A stretch of DNA of 64,000 nucleotides from Acidobacteriota bacterium. GTDB lineage: Bacteria > Acidobacteriota > Thermoanaerobaculia > Multivoradales > UBA5704. Positions 39,493-49,593 of this stretch are shown piece after piece (the stretch's first letter is position 1; the number at the start of each line of letters is the position of its first letter). The stretch covers positions 1,599-65,598 of the forward strand of contig JBEQUE010000051.1 of assembly GCA_040349255.1 (NCBI GenBank), read 5' to 3'. The notes beneath the pieces were generated by a model that was not told the DNA's origin, made no database searches, and saw nothing but the letters and a program-made list of their open reading frames with translations. Both the position numbers and the translations under genes were made by a program.

Positions 39493-40461
39493 GTGATTCG
39501 CTTCTTCCTGCGGCGCCTTGCAGCCTCCCTGCTCCTGCTCTACCTCGTCCTCACCGCAGTCTTCTTCCTGATCCACCTCGCGCCGGGGGATCCCGCCGCG
39601 TTCCTGCTGAACGACCTGCGCCTGCCCCCCGAGCAACAGGAGAACCTGAAACGGACCTATGGGCTCGACCGTCCGCTCCCCGTGCAGTACGCGCGCTGGA
39701 TGGCCGCCACCCTGCGTGGCGACTGGGGGAGGTCGTTCTCGTACCAGCGGCCGGTAACCCAGGTGATCGGCGATGTCCTGCCGGCGACGCTCCTCCTCGC
39801 CGCCGCCGGCCTGCTGGTCGAGCAGGCCCTGGGGCTCGCCCTGGGCATCGCCGCCGCGCGCCGGCCCGGCTCCGCCACCGACCACTGGATCCGGATCGTC
39901 GCGCTCTTCCTCTACTCGCAGCCGATCTTCTGGCTCGGCCTGATGGCCATCCTCCTCTTCTCCCTGGTATGGCCGGTCCTGCCGGCGGGGCACCTGCGCT
40001 CGATCGGCGCCGAGGACCTGTCGCCGGTCGCCCGGGTCCTCGACGTGCTGCACCATCTCTTCCTCCCGGCGCTGGTCGTGGGCCTGGCGACCTGCGGCCC
40101 GGTATCGCGCTTCGTCCGCGGCAGCCTGCTCGACGTCCTCGGCCAGGAGCACATCCGCGCCTCGCGCGCCAAGGGTCTCCCGGAGAGCCGGGTGATCTGG
40201 GTCCATGCTCTGCGCAACGTCCTCGCGCCGCTGCTCCAGATCTTCGCGGTGTCCCTCTCCTCCCTCCTCGGCGGCGTGATCGTGGTGGAGGTCGTGTTCA
40301 GCTGGCCCGGCCTGGGCCGGCTCACCTTCGAGGCCATCCTGAGCCGGGACTATCCGCTGATCCTGGGGACCACCGCGTTCAGCGCGGTCGCCATCCTGTT
40401 CGCGAGCCTCCTGGCGGACCTCGGCCACGCCCTGGCCGACCCGAGGGTGCGGGATGCGTAG
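39493..40461 (+). CDS. Peptide ABC permease (OppB/DppB-like)
   Basis: APGDPA, GLDRPLPVQY, RAKGL..HALRN, RDYP. Confidence 0.92.
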   Translation: MIRFFLRRLAASLLLLYLVLTAVFFLIHLAPGDPAAFLLNDLRLPPEQQENLKRTYGLDRPLPVQYARWMAATLRGDWGRSFSYQRPVTQVIGDVLPATLLLAAAGLLVEQALGLALGIAAARRPGSATDHWIRIVALFLYSQPIFWLGLMAILLFSLVWPVLPAGHLRSIGAEDLSPVARVLDVLHHLFLPALVVGLATCGPVSRFVRGSLLDVLGQEHIRASRAKGLPESRVIWVHALRNVLAPLLQIFAVSLSSLLGGVIVVEVVFSWPGLGRLTFEAILSRDYPLILGTTAFSAVAILFASLLADLGHALADPRVRDA

Positions 40462-41473
40462 CTGGAACAACTGGAGCCGGCTGCCGGTCGCGATGCGCTG
40501 GGGGATCGGCGCGAGCGCCGTGGTGATCCTCGTCGGCCTGTCCGCGCCGCTCCTGGCCCCCTACGACCCGGCCGAGCAGCTCGATCCCGTCGCCGCCCGC
40601 TTCCGGCCGCCGGGCACGTCGCTCTCGGCCGTGCACCTCGCCGACGGAGGCTGGAAGCTGGCCGACCGGGTGGAGCGCACCGCGCACGGCCTGGCGGTCG
40701 AGCGCCTCGGCCGGACCGAGACGCTGGCGGCCTCGGAGGTCGCGAACCTCACGCCGGACGGCGTGGCCGACCGCCGGGTCTTCGTCCTGGGCTCGGACAA
40801 GTTCGGCCGCGACCTCCTGTCCCGGGTGCTCTACGGCGGCCGGATCTCGCTCGCGGTCGGGCTGTTCTCGGTGGCGCTCGCCCTCACCCTGGGCGTCGCG
40901 GTGGGCTCGGCGGCAGCCCTGGGAGGACCTCTCGTCGACGCGGTCCTGATGCGGACGGTGGACGCGGTGCTGGCCTTCCCCGGGTTCTTCTTCCTGATCC
41001 TGCTCTCGGCCCTGTTCGCGCCGTCCACCCCGGCGTTGATCCTGGTCCTCGGAGCGGGGAGCTGGATGATCATCAGCCGGCTCACCCGGGCCGAGCTGCT
41101 GGGGCTGCGCCAGCGCGAGTTCGTGGCCGCGGCGCGCGCCATCGGCCAGACCCCGCTCCGGATCCTCCTGCGCCACCTCCTCCCCAACGCCATGACGCCG
41201 GTGATGATCCGGGCCACGCTGATGATCGGCAACCTGATCCTGCTGGAGTCCTCGCTCTCCTTCCTGGGCCTGGGCGTCCAGCCGCCGACGCCGACCTGGG
41301 GGAACATGATCGCCGAGGGCCGCGAGGCGCTCTACAACGCCTGGTGGATCGCGGTCTTTCCGGGCGCGGCGCTCTCGGCGACCGTGATCGCCTTCAACCT
41401 GCTCGCGGACGGCCTGCGGGACTTCCTCGACCCGAAAAGACAGCTCGAACCTGCTATGCTCCCGCCCTCGTGA
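40454..41473 (+). CDS. Peptide ABC permease (OppC/DppC-like)
   Basis: LGSDKFGRD, HLLPN, SLSFLGLG, DGLRD. Confidence 0.92.
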   Translation: MRSWNNWSRLPVAMRWGIGASAVVILVGLSAPLLAPYDPAEQLDPVAARFRPPGTSLSAVHLADGGWKLADRVERTAHGLAVERLGRTETLAASEVANLTPDGVADRRVFVLGSDKFGRDLLSRVLYGGRISLAVGLFSVALALTLGVAVGSAAALGGPLVDAVLMRTVDAVLAFPGFFFLILLSALFAPSTPALILVLGAGSWMIISRLTRAELLGLRQREFVAAARAIGQTPLRILLRHLLPNAMTPVMIRATLMIGNLILLESSLSFLGLGVQPPTPTWGNMIAEGREALYNAWWIAVFPGAALSATVIAFNLLADGLRDFLDPKRQLEPAMLPPS

Positions 41474-42666
41474 GCAGACCCGCCGGCCGCGGCGCCTCCA
41501 CCACCGTCTTCCTGACGATCCTCCTGGACCTGGTGGGCTTCGGGATGCTCCTGCCGCTGCTGCCGTTCTACGCGATGAAGCTGAACGCGTCGCCGGCCCG
41601 GATCGGCCTGCTCTTCTCGGTCTACAGCCTGACCCAGCTCCTGTTCTCGCCGCTCCTCGGCCGGCTCTCCGACCGGGTGGGACGGCGGCCGGTGATGCTG
41701 GTCTCGATCCTGGGCAGCGCCGGCGCGCACCTGATGTTCGCCATGGCGGACTCGTTCGCGCTGCTGGTCCTGGCGCGCTCGCTGGCCGGCGTGGCGGCGG
41801 CGAACTACAGCATCGCCCAGGCGTACATGGCGGACGTGACCACGGCCGAGAACCGTTCCCGGGCCATGGGCCTGGTGGGCGCCGCGTTCGGCATCGGCTT
41901 CGTGGTCGGGCCGGCGCTCGGCGGCGTGCTGTCCCTGTCTCCGATGGGCGCGCCGGCGGTGCCCTACGCGGCCGCGGCGCTGTCGGGGCTCAACTTCCTG
42001 ATCGCCCTGGCCTGGCTGCCGGAGTCGCTGTCGCGCGAGGTCCGCGAGCGCTCGCAGGCGCGGCCGTGGGTCGATCCCGACAGTCTGCCGCGCATGTGGC
42101 GCAACCCACCGCTCCGCGGGTTGATGCTGCTGTTCTTCCTGGTGATGTTCTGCTTCTCGCTGTTCGAGGCCACGCTGGCGCTCTATTGCCATCAGCGCTT
42201 CGGGTTCGACGAGCACCACACGTCCTTTCTCTTCGTCTATGTCGGCGTGGTGCTGGCGGTGGTCCAGGGCGGCCTGCTCGGCCGGCTGATCCGCGCCTTC
42301 GGAGAACGGCGACTGATCCTGGGCGGCATTGCTCTGATGGCGGTGGGCCTCGCCACGCTGCCGCTCTATCCCAGCCTGGTCCTGGTCCTGGCGAGCCTTC
42401 TGCTGCTCGCCGTGGGCTCGGGCGTGCACAACCCGTCGGCCACCGGCCTGCTCAGCCAGCTCACCGACGCCGAGTCCCAGGGCAGCACGATCGGGCTCTC
42501 GCGGTCGTTCGGAGCCCTCGCCCGGACCCTCGGCCCGGTCACCGGCACCTGGATCTTCGGCCGCGCCGGGATCGCGTGGCCGTTCCTGACCGCCGGCGCG
42601 CTCATGCTGGTCGCGCTGGTCATCGCCCGGGACCTGCTGCGCCGGGTGGGCTCGGTGATCTCCTAG
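41470..42666 (+). CDS. MFS efflux transporter (TetA/DHA1-like)
   Basis: Motif A GRLSDRVGRRP and motif C GPALGG; GTGA overlap with the upstream permease. Confidence 0.9.
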   Translation: MSRPAGRGASTTVFLTILLDLVGFGMLLPLLPFYAMKLNASPARIGLLFSVYSLTQLLFSPLLGRLSDRVGRRPVMLVSILGSAGAHLMFAMADSFALLVLARSLAGVAAANYSIAQAYMADVTTAENRSRAMGLVGAAFGIGFVVGPALGGVLSLSPMGAPAVPYAAAALSGLNFLIALAWLPESLSREVRERSQARPWVDPDSLPRMWRNPPLRGLMLLFFLVMFCFSLFEATLALYCHQRFGFDEHHTSFLFVYVGVVLAVVQGGLLGRLIRAFGERRLILGGIALMAVGLATLPLYPSLVLVLASLLLLAVGSGVHNPSATGLLSQLTDAESQGSTIGLSRSFGALARTLGPVTGTWIFGRAGIAWPFLTAGALMLVALVIARDLLRRVGSVIS

Positions 42667-42678
42667 TCCTCTGACACC

Positions 42679-43683
42679 GTGCTGACGAGCGACTTCGACT
42701 ACGACCTTCCCGAGGAGAGCATCGCGCAGGAGGCGGCGCCCCGCGGGGAGAGCCGGCTGCTGGTCCTCGACGCCGAAGGACCGGACCGCCACCGCCGAGT
42801 CCACGACCTGCCGAAGCTCCTCCGGGCCGGCGACCTCCTGGTGCTCAACGACACCCGGGTGATCCCGGCCCGCCTCTTCGGCGAGCGCGAAGGCGGCGGT
42901 GGAGGCAGGATGGAGATCCTGCTGATCGAGAAGGTCGGCGAATTGGAATGGGAAGCGCTCGTGCGGCCCGGCCGCCGCGCCAGGCCCGGCACGGCGCTGC
43001 GCTTCGAGGAGTTGGCCGCCGAGGTGGTGGACAAGAGAGAGGACCGGTATCGGTTGAGATTCTCGGAGCCGGTCGAGCCCCACCTGGACCGGCTCGGCCA
43101 CGTGCCGCTGCCGCCCTACATCCGCCGGCCGGACCGGGAGGCCGACCGCGAGCGCTATCAGACCGTCTATGCCAGGAACCCCGGAGCCGTGGCCGCGCCC
43201 ACCGCGGGCCTCCACTTCACCGAGGAGATCCTGAAGGAGACGGCCGCCACCGGGATCGGCGTGGCCCGGGTGACGCTCCACGTGGGAATCGGCACGTTCA
43301 AGCCGGTCTCCGTCGAAAGGGTGGAGGATCACCGCATGGACCGCGAGCGCTACGAGGTGAGCGACGAGACCTCCGAGGCGATCCGCCGCACCCGGGAGAG
43401 CGGCGGCCGGATCGTGGCCGTGGGCACCACGGTGGTCCGCACCCTGGAGTCCGCGGCGCTCGCCGGGAACCGCGGCTCCACGGAGCTGTTCATCACGCCG
43501 GGGTTCCGCTTCCGGGTGGTGGACGTGCTGCTGACCAACTTCCACCTGCCCCGCTCCACCCTGCTCATGCTGGTCTCCGCCTTCGCGGGCCGCGAGCGGG
43601 TGCTCGCCGCCTACGAGGAGGCCGTGCGCGAGGGGTACCGGTTCTACTCCTACGGCGACGCCATGCTCACTTCGAGGGTTTGA
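42679..43683 (+). CDS. queA: S-adenosylmethionine:tRNA ribosyltransferase-isomerase
   Basis: FDYDLP, PLPPYI, AAPTAGLHF, TNFHLPRSTL, FYSYGDAM. Confidence 0.97.
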   Translation: MLTSDFDYDLPEESIAQEAAPRGESRLLVLDAEGPDRHRRVHDLPKLLRAGDLLVLNDTRVIPARLFGEREGGGGGRMEILLIEKVGELEWEALVRPGRRARPGTALRFEELAAEVVDKREDRYRLRFSEPVEPHLDRLGHVPLPPYIRRPDREADRERYQTVYARNPGAVAAPTAGLHFTEEILKETAATGIGVARVTLHVGIGTFKPVSVERVEDHRMDRERYEVSDETSEAIRRTRESGGRIVAVGTTVVRTLESAALAGNRGSTELFITPGFRFRVVDVLLTNFHLPRSTLLMLVSAFAGRERVLAAYEEAVREGYRFYSYGDAMLTSRV

Positions 43684-44695
43684 CGTCCAGCGACGACATC
43701 CCCATGCCGTCCGGCTCCTTGCCGGCGGTGAGCGCTCCCACCTTCTTCCACTCGGCCAGATCCACGATCGAGATCTGGTCGGCGTTGGCGTGGGCCACAT
43801 AGGCGCGCTTGCCGTCCGGCGCGATCTCGATGCCAATCGGGACCGAGCTGTTGCCGAAGTCGGCCAGGAGCCGGCCGGCCCGGTCCGCGGCGGGCGGCGC
43901 CTCCAGCGGGATGCGGCGTTCGAGGATCAGGCCGGAGGTGGAGAACACGGCCACGTCGCCGCTCTTGGCAAGGCTCACCAGAACCCGCTTGCCGTCCGGC
44001 GTGACCTCGGCGCGGATCGGGAAGGAGGCGGCCTCGAACGTCTTCACGATCTTCAGGGTCGCGGCATCCACCACGCTCACCGAATCGGCCGCCCGGTTGG
44101 TCACCCAGACCTGCTTGCCGTCCGGGGTGACGGCGATCCCTTCGGAGCCGGCCGCGGTGGGAACGTCGGCGAGCTTCTTCCCGTCCTTGAGGTCGAAGGC
44201 CGTGATGCCGCCGGAGCCGATGTTGGCCACGAAGGCGCGGCTGCCGTCGGGGGTGACGGCGACCATATGAGAGACCTCCTGACCGGTGGTGAGCGCCCGT
44301 ACCACCTTGCCCGCCTCGGTGTCGACCTCGAGAAGCGCCTTGCTGGCCTCCGAGGTCACGAGCGCGCGGCTTTTTCCGATCCAGACCATGCCGTGCGGCT
44401 TGCGGTACTCGCCCAGGTCGATCGTCCGGACCACCTTCGCGCCGGGCACGTCGATCAGGGTGAGCGTGGAGCCCGGCTTCTCTCCGGTGCCGTAGTTGGC
44501 GATCAGGGCGAGGCGCCCGTCGCGCGATACCGCGACCTCGTGCGGCCCGGTCCCGACCGGCAGCGTGGCGGCCACCTTGCCGGACCCGAGGTCCACCAGG
44601 GACACCGTGGCCTCCGACTTGTTCGCCACGATCAGGGTGGCCGCCTGGAGGGAGTTGGCGAAGAGGAGCGCAAACAGAAGCAGGCGTGTCGGCAT
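43667..44695 (-). CDS. Secreted YncE/YVTN-type beta-propeller protein
   Basis: Signal peptide and repeated V(T/S)PDG.R.(F/Y)V(A/T)N blades. Confidence 0.85.
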   Translation of the reverse strand: MPTRLLLFALLFANSLQAATLIVANKSEATVSLVDLGSGKVAATLPVGTGPHEVAVSRDGRLALIANYGTGEKPGSTLTLIDVPGAKVVRTIDLGEYRKPHGMVWIGKSRALVTSEASKALLEVDTEAGKVVRALTTGQEVSHMVAVTPDGSRAFVANIGSGGITAFDLKDGKKLADVPTAAGSEGIAVTPDGKQVWVTNRAADSVSVVDAATLKIVKTFEAASFPIRAEVTPDGKRVLVSLAKSGDVAVFSTSGLILERRIPLEAPPAADRAGRLLADFGNSSVPIGIEIAPDGKRAYVAHANADQISIVDLAEWKKVGALTAGKEPDGMGMSSLDVKPSK

Positions 44696-44756
44696 CTTGA
44701 TCTCCTGGGGGGTTCTCCTGAGAGACGGAACTCTAGCAGAGGATAGAATCCCCTCT

Positions 44757-46313
44757 ATGGCTACCGAGACGCCCAAGTTCTACCGGCCGGAGGACGTGGC
44801 GGAGATCCCCTACGCCGACCCCGGCGACTACCCCTACACGCGCGGCCTCTACTCCGAGATGTACCGCCGCCGCCACTGGACCATGCGCCAGTACGCCGGC
44901 TACGCCAGCGCCGAGGAGTCCAACAAGCGCTACCGTTACCTGCTCGCCCAGGGGACCACCGGCCTCTCGGTCGCCTTCGACCTGCCGACCCAGATCGGCT
45001 ACGACTCCGACCACTCCCTCGCCCAGGGCGAGGTCGGCCGCGTCGGCGTCGCCATCTCGTCCATCGAGGACATGCGCCGGCTGTTCGACGGCATCCCGCT
45101 CGACCAGGTCACCACCTCGATGACGATCAACGCCACGGCGTCGATCCTCCTCGCCCTCTACCTCGCGGTCGCCGAGGAGCAGGGGGTCTCGTGGGACAAG
45201 GTCGGCGGCACGGTCCAGAACGACATCCTCAAGGAGTACGCGGCCCGCGGCACCTACATCTATCCTCCCAAACCGTCCCTGAAACTCGTGACCGACGTCA
45301 TCGCCTTCTGCGCCGACCGGGTCCCGAAGTGGAACACGATCTCGATCTCCGGCTACCACATGCGCGAGGCCGGCAGCACGGCGGTCCAGGAGGTCGCGTT
45401 CACGCTCGCCCACGGCCTCGCCTACGTCGAGGCGGCGCTGGCGCGCGGGCTCGACATCGACGACTTCGCGCCCCGCCTGTCCTTCTTCTTCAACGCCCAC
45501 AACCACTTCCTGGAGGAGGTGGCGAAGTTCCGCGCCGCCCGGCGGCTCTGGGCCGAGCTCGTCAAGGAGCGGTTCTCTCCCAAGGACCCGCGCTCGCTCT
45601 GGCTGCGCTTCCACACCCAGACCGCGGGCTCGACCCTCACCGCCCAGCAGCCGCAGAACAACGTGGTGCGGGTGGCGATCCAGGCGCTCGCCGCGGTCTG
45701 CGGCGGCACCCAGTCGCTCCACACCAACTCGCTCGACGAGGCGCTCGGCCTGCCCACCGAGGAGGCCGCCCGCCTGGCCCTCCGCACGCAGCAGGTCATC
45801 GCCAACGAGAGCGGTGTCACCGACGTGGCCGACCCGCTCGGCGGCTCCTACGTCATCGAGGCCTGGACCGACGAGATCGCGACCCGGGCCCGCGACTACA
45901 TCCGCCGCGTCGAGGAGATGGGCGGCGCCCTCGCGGCGCTGGAGCGCGGCTTCCAGCAGCGCGAGATCGCCGACGCCGCCTACCAGCACCAGCTCGCGGT
46001 CGAAGAGGGCCGGCAGAAGGTGGTCGGCGTCAACGCCTATACCCGCGAGGAGGAGCCCGCCACCGAGCTGCTGCGGATCGACCCGGCGGTCGAGCGCGAG
46101 CAGGTCGAGCGCCTCCAGGCCCTCCGCGCCCGCCGCCATGCCGACGGTACTGCCCGCGCTCAGGCCAGCCTCCGGGCTCTCGAAACCGCGGCGGGCGAGG
46201 ACAGGAACCTCATGCCGCCGATCCTCGACTGCGTCCGCGCCGAGGTCACCCTGGGTGAGATCGCGGACGCGCTGCGCAAGGTGTACGGCGAGTTCCGGGA
46301 GGCGGTGGACTAG
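44757..46313 (+). CDS. Methylmalonyl-CoA mutase substrate-binding subunit (no B12-binding domain)
   Basis: [37 protein letters not shown]. Confidence 0.92.
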   Translation: MATETPKFYRPEDVAEIPYADPGDYPYTRGLYSEMYRRRHWTMRQYAGYASAEESNKRYRYLLAQGTTGLSVAFDLPTQIGYDSDHSLAQGEVGRVGVAISSIEDMRRLFDGIPLDQVTTSMTINATASILLALYLAVAEEQGVSWDKVGGTVQNDILKEYAARGTYIYPPKPSLKLVTDVIAFCADRVPKWNTISISGYHMREAGSTAVQEVAFTLAHGLAYVEAALARGLDIDDFAPRLSFFFNAHNHFLEEVAKFRAARRLWAELVKERFSPKDPRSLWLRFHTQTAGSTLTAQQPQNNVVRVAIQALAAVCGGTQSLHTNSLDEALGLPTEEAARLALRTQQVIANESGVTDVADPLGGSYVIEAWTDEIATRARDYIRRVEEMGGALAALERGFQQREIADAAYQHQLAVEEGRQKVVGVNAYTREEEPATELLRIDPAVEREQVERLQALRARRHADGTARAQASLRALETAAGEDRNLMPPILDCVRAEVTLGEIADALRKVYGEFREAVD

Positions 46314-46318
46314 ACAGC

Positions 46319-47959
46319 ATGCCGAACCCGATCTCCCCGGAGCTGGCCCAGGTCATCCTGGCCTCGATCGGCGACGGCGTCCTCGCCAGCGACGCCGACG
46401 GCAGGGTGGAGTACATGAACCCGGCGGCCGAGAAGCTCACCGGCTGGAGCCAGGACGAGGCCCGGGGCCGCCTCCTGTCCGAGGTCTTCCGTCTGACCGA
46501 AGAGGCGAGCGGCCAGGCTCTGGAGCATCGCGACGGCCGGCGCTACGCCGTGGAGATCGCCTCTACCCCGATCCACCCTGCGGACGGCAAACCCGCAGGC
46601 ACCGTGATCGTCTTCCAGGACGTGAGCGACCGCCGCCTGCTCGGCCTCCAGCTCGCCCACCAGGCCACCCACGACGAGCTCACCGGCCTGTTCAACCGCC
46701 AGGCGTTCGACAGCCACCTCCAGCGCGCCCTCGAAGAGACCCGCACCCGTGGCACCCACCACGCGCTCTGCTACCTGGACCTCGACCAGTTCAAGGTCGT
46801 CAACGAGACCTGCGGCCACCTGGCCGGCGACGAGCTGCTCTGCCGGGTGACCTCGATCCTCCAGGACACCATGCGCGAGACCGACCTCGTGGCGCGCCTC
46901 GGCGGCGACGAGCTCGCCGTGCTCCTGCCCCGTACCCCCCTCGCCGAGGCCGAAGCCCGGGTGGCCCGATTTCACCAGGCCCTGCAGGTCTTCCGCTTCA
47001 CCTGGCGCGACAAGACGTTCACCGTCACCGCCAGCATCGGCCTCGTGCCGATCACCCCGGAGTTCCGGACCGTCAACCACCTCCTGTCGGCCGCCGACCA
47101 CGCCTGCTACGTGGCCAAGGAGAAAGGCCGCAACCGCATCCAGGTCTACCAGGAGGACGACGGCGTGTTCGTCCAGCGCCAGGGCGAGATGAGCTGGGTG
47201 GTGCGCATCCAGGAGACCCTGGAGCAGAACCGCTTCCGGCTGTTCTCCCAGGCCATCCAGCCGCTGTCGAAGGCGGCCTCGCGGGGGATCTACTTCGAGG
47301 TCCTGCTGCGCATGGTGGAAGAGGACGGCCGCATCCACCTGCCGAGCGACTTCATCCGCGCCGCCGAGCGCTACGGCCTGATGCAGAACCTCGACCGCTG
47401 GGTCCTGCGCGAGTGCCTGCGCACCCTGCGCAGCCAGCCGCCGCCGTTCCTGGACCTCCTTCACCTGTGCTCGATCAACCTGTCCGGGGCTTCGGTCGGC
47501 GACGAGGGTTTCCTCGATTTCCTGGAGGAGGAGCTGGCGGCCTCCGGCGTGCCGGCGGAGAAGGTCTGCTTCGAGATCACCGAGACCGCGGCCATCGCGA
47601 GCTTCAGCCAGGCCGAGCGCCTGCTCACCCGTCTCTCCGCCCGCGGCGCGCGCTTCGCGCTCGACGACTTCGGCAGCGGCATGGCCTCCTACAGCTACCT
47701 CAAGGACCTGCCGGTGAGCATCCTCAAGATCGACGGCCGGTTCGTCAAGGACATCGTGACCGATCCGATGGACCTGGCCATGGTCGAGTCCATCAACCAG
47801 GTCGGCCACGTGATGGGCCTGCTCACCGTGGCCGAAGGCATCTCCAGCAGCGCCGTGGTCGGGAAGCTGCGCTCGGTGGGCGTGGACTACGCCCAGGGCC
47901 ACTGGATCAGCCCTCCCCGGCCGCTCGGCGAGTCCTGTGCCGTTGCGTCCAGACGTTGA
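46319..47959 (+). CDS. PAS-GGDEF-EAL c-di-GMP enzyme
   Basis: HDELTGLFNR, RLGGDEL, EVLLR, EITE, DDFGSG. Confidence 0.93.
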   Translation: MPNPISPELAQVILASIGDGVLASDADGRVEYMNPAAEKLTGWSQDEARGRLLSEVFRLTEEASGQALEHRDGRRYAVEIASTPIHPADGKPAGTVIVFQDVSDRRLLGLQLAHQATHDELTGLFNRQAFDSHLQRALEETRTRGTHHALCYLDLDQFKVVNETCGHLAGDELLCRVTSILQDTMRETDLVARLGGDELAVLLPRTPLAEAEARVARFHQALQVFRFTWRDKTFTVTASIGLVPITPEFRTVNHLLSAADHACYVAKEKGRNRIQVYQEDDGVFVQRQGEMSWVVRIQETLEQNRFRLFSQAIQPLSKAASRGIYFEVLLRMVEEDGRIHLPSDFIRAAERYGLMQNLDRWVLRECLRTLRSQPPPFLDLLHLCSINLSGASVGDEGFLDFLEEELAASGVPAEKVCFEITETAAIASFSQAERLLTRLSARGARFALDDFGSGMASYSYLKDLPVSILKIDGRFVKDIVTDPMDLAMVESINQVGHVMGLLTVAEGISSSAVVGKLRSVGVDYAQGHWISPPRPLGESCAVASRR

Positions 47960-48017
47960 GCGGATGACAGACAACCTCTTGTGCCTGTAGGATGTGGCAC
48001 TCTCATCAGGAGGCCGC

Positions 48018-49565
48018 ATGTCGGAAACGATCGCCGCGACGCCGCGCCGCACCGAGGAGGAGACAACCGGTTTCGTCCGGGAGCTGGGGCTCCTGGACTC
48101 CACGATGATCGTCGCCGGGTCCATGATCGGCTCCGGCATCTTCATCGTGCCGGCCGAGATCACCCGCCAGGTGGGATCGGGCGGATGGCTGCTCATGGTC
48201 TGGCTGGTGACCGGCCTGCTCACCGTCTCCGCCGCCCTGTCCTACGGCGAGCTGGCGGCCATGATGCCGAAGGCCGGCGGCCAGTACGTCTACCTGCGCG
48301 AGGCCTACTCGCCGCTCTGGGGCTTCCTCTACGGCTGGACCCTGTTCCTGGTCATCCAGACCGGCACCATCGCCGCCGTGGCCGTGGGCTTCGCCCGCTT
48401 CCTCGGGGTGCTGTTCCCGAAGGTCTCCCCCGACTCCTACGTGATCGCTCCGATCGACCTGTCGGGCAGCTACGCGCTCAGCCTCTCGACCCAGCAGCTC
48501 GTGGCGATCCTCCTGCTGCTCTTCCTGACCTGGCTCAACACGCGCGGCATCCGCCTGGGCAAGATGATCCAGAACCTGTTCACCTCGGCGAAGACCGCTT
48601 CGCTCTTCGTCCTGATCCTGCTCGGAGTCCTGGTGGGGCGCAACGCCGGGGCGATCGCCGACAACTTCGGCAACCTCTGGACGCCGCGCAACGCCGTGCC
48701 GATCGAGGCCGGGATCGCCGGCGCGCCGGTCGCCCTCGCCACGGCCGGGGCCTTCGGCCTGTTCATCGCCTTCTGCGTGGCGCAGGTGGGCTCGCTGTTC
48801 TCCGCCGACGCCTGGAACAACATCACCTTCACCGCCGGCGAGGTGAAGAACCCGCGGCGCAACATCCCCCTTTCGCTCGCCGCCGGCACGTCCCTGGTGA
48901 TCGGGCTCTACCTGCTCGCCAACCTGGCCTATCTCTGCGTGCTGCCGCTCGACGCCATCCAGAACGCGGCCGACGACCGGGTGGCGACCGCGGCTCTCCA
49001 GGTGATCTTCGGGCCGGTGGGCGCCTCGATCATGGCGGTGGCCATTCTCATCTCGACCTTCGGCTGCAACAACGGCCTGATCCTGGCCGGCGCGCGGGTC
49101 TACTACGCCATGGCCTGCGACCGGCTGTTCTTCCGCCGCACGGGCACGCTCAACTCCCGGCACGTGCCCGCCTTCGGCCTCGTTCTCCAATGCGCCTGGG
49201 CCTCGCTCCTGGTGCTGGCGCGCACCCGCACGGTCGATGCCGCCGGCCAGGCGACCTATGGCAACCTGTACGGCCGGCTGCTCGACTACGTCGTGTTCGC
49301 GGTGCTGATCTTCTACATCCTGACGATCGCCGGGATCTTCGTCCTGCGCCGGAAGCGGCCGGACGCGGAGCGGCCCTACCGGGCGTTCGGCTACCCGGTG
49401 GTGCCGGTCCTCTACATCCTGGCGGCGACCGCGATCTCGCTCGTGCTGCTGGTCTACCGGACCCAGACCAGCCTGCCGGGACTGCTCATCGTCCTGACCG
49501 GAATTCCCGTGTTTTTCCTCTGGCGGCGGACCGGCGTTCCGGCCCGCAGTCCGGAAGGCTCATGA
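48018..49565 (+). CDS. APC-family amino acid permease (LAT/SteT-like)
   Basis: GSMIGSGIF, AGGQYVYLREAY, GEVKNPRRN. Confidence 0.9.
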   Translation: MSETIAATPRRTEEETTGFVRELGLLDSTMIVAGSMIGSGIFIVPAEITRQVGSGGWLLMVWLVTGLLTVSAALSYGELAAMMPKAGGQYVYLREAYSPLWGFLYGWTLFLVIQTGTIAAVAVGFARFLGVLFPKVSPDSYVIAPIDLSGSYALSLSTQQLVAILLLLFLTWLNTRGIRLGKMIQNLFTSAKTASLFVLILLGVLVGRNAGAIADNFGNLWTPRNAVPIEAGIAGAPVALATAGAFGLFIAFCVAQVGSLFSADAWNNITFTAGEVKNPRRNIPLSLAAGTSLVIGLYLLANLAYLCVLPLDAIQNAADDRVATAALQVIFGPVGASIMAVAILISTFGCNNGLILAGARVYYAMACDRLFFRRTGTLNSRHVPAFGLVLQCAWASLLVLARTRTVDAAGQATYGNLYGRLLDYVVFAVLIFYILTIAGIFVLRRKRPDAERPYRAFGYPVVPVLYILAATAISLVLLVYRTQTSLPGLLIVLTGIPVFFLWRRTGVPARSPEGS

Positions 49566-49593
49566 CCCCAACTTTCCTGGAGGCCTAGATTCC

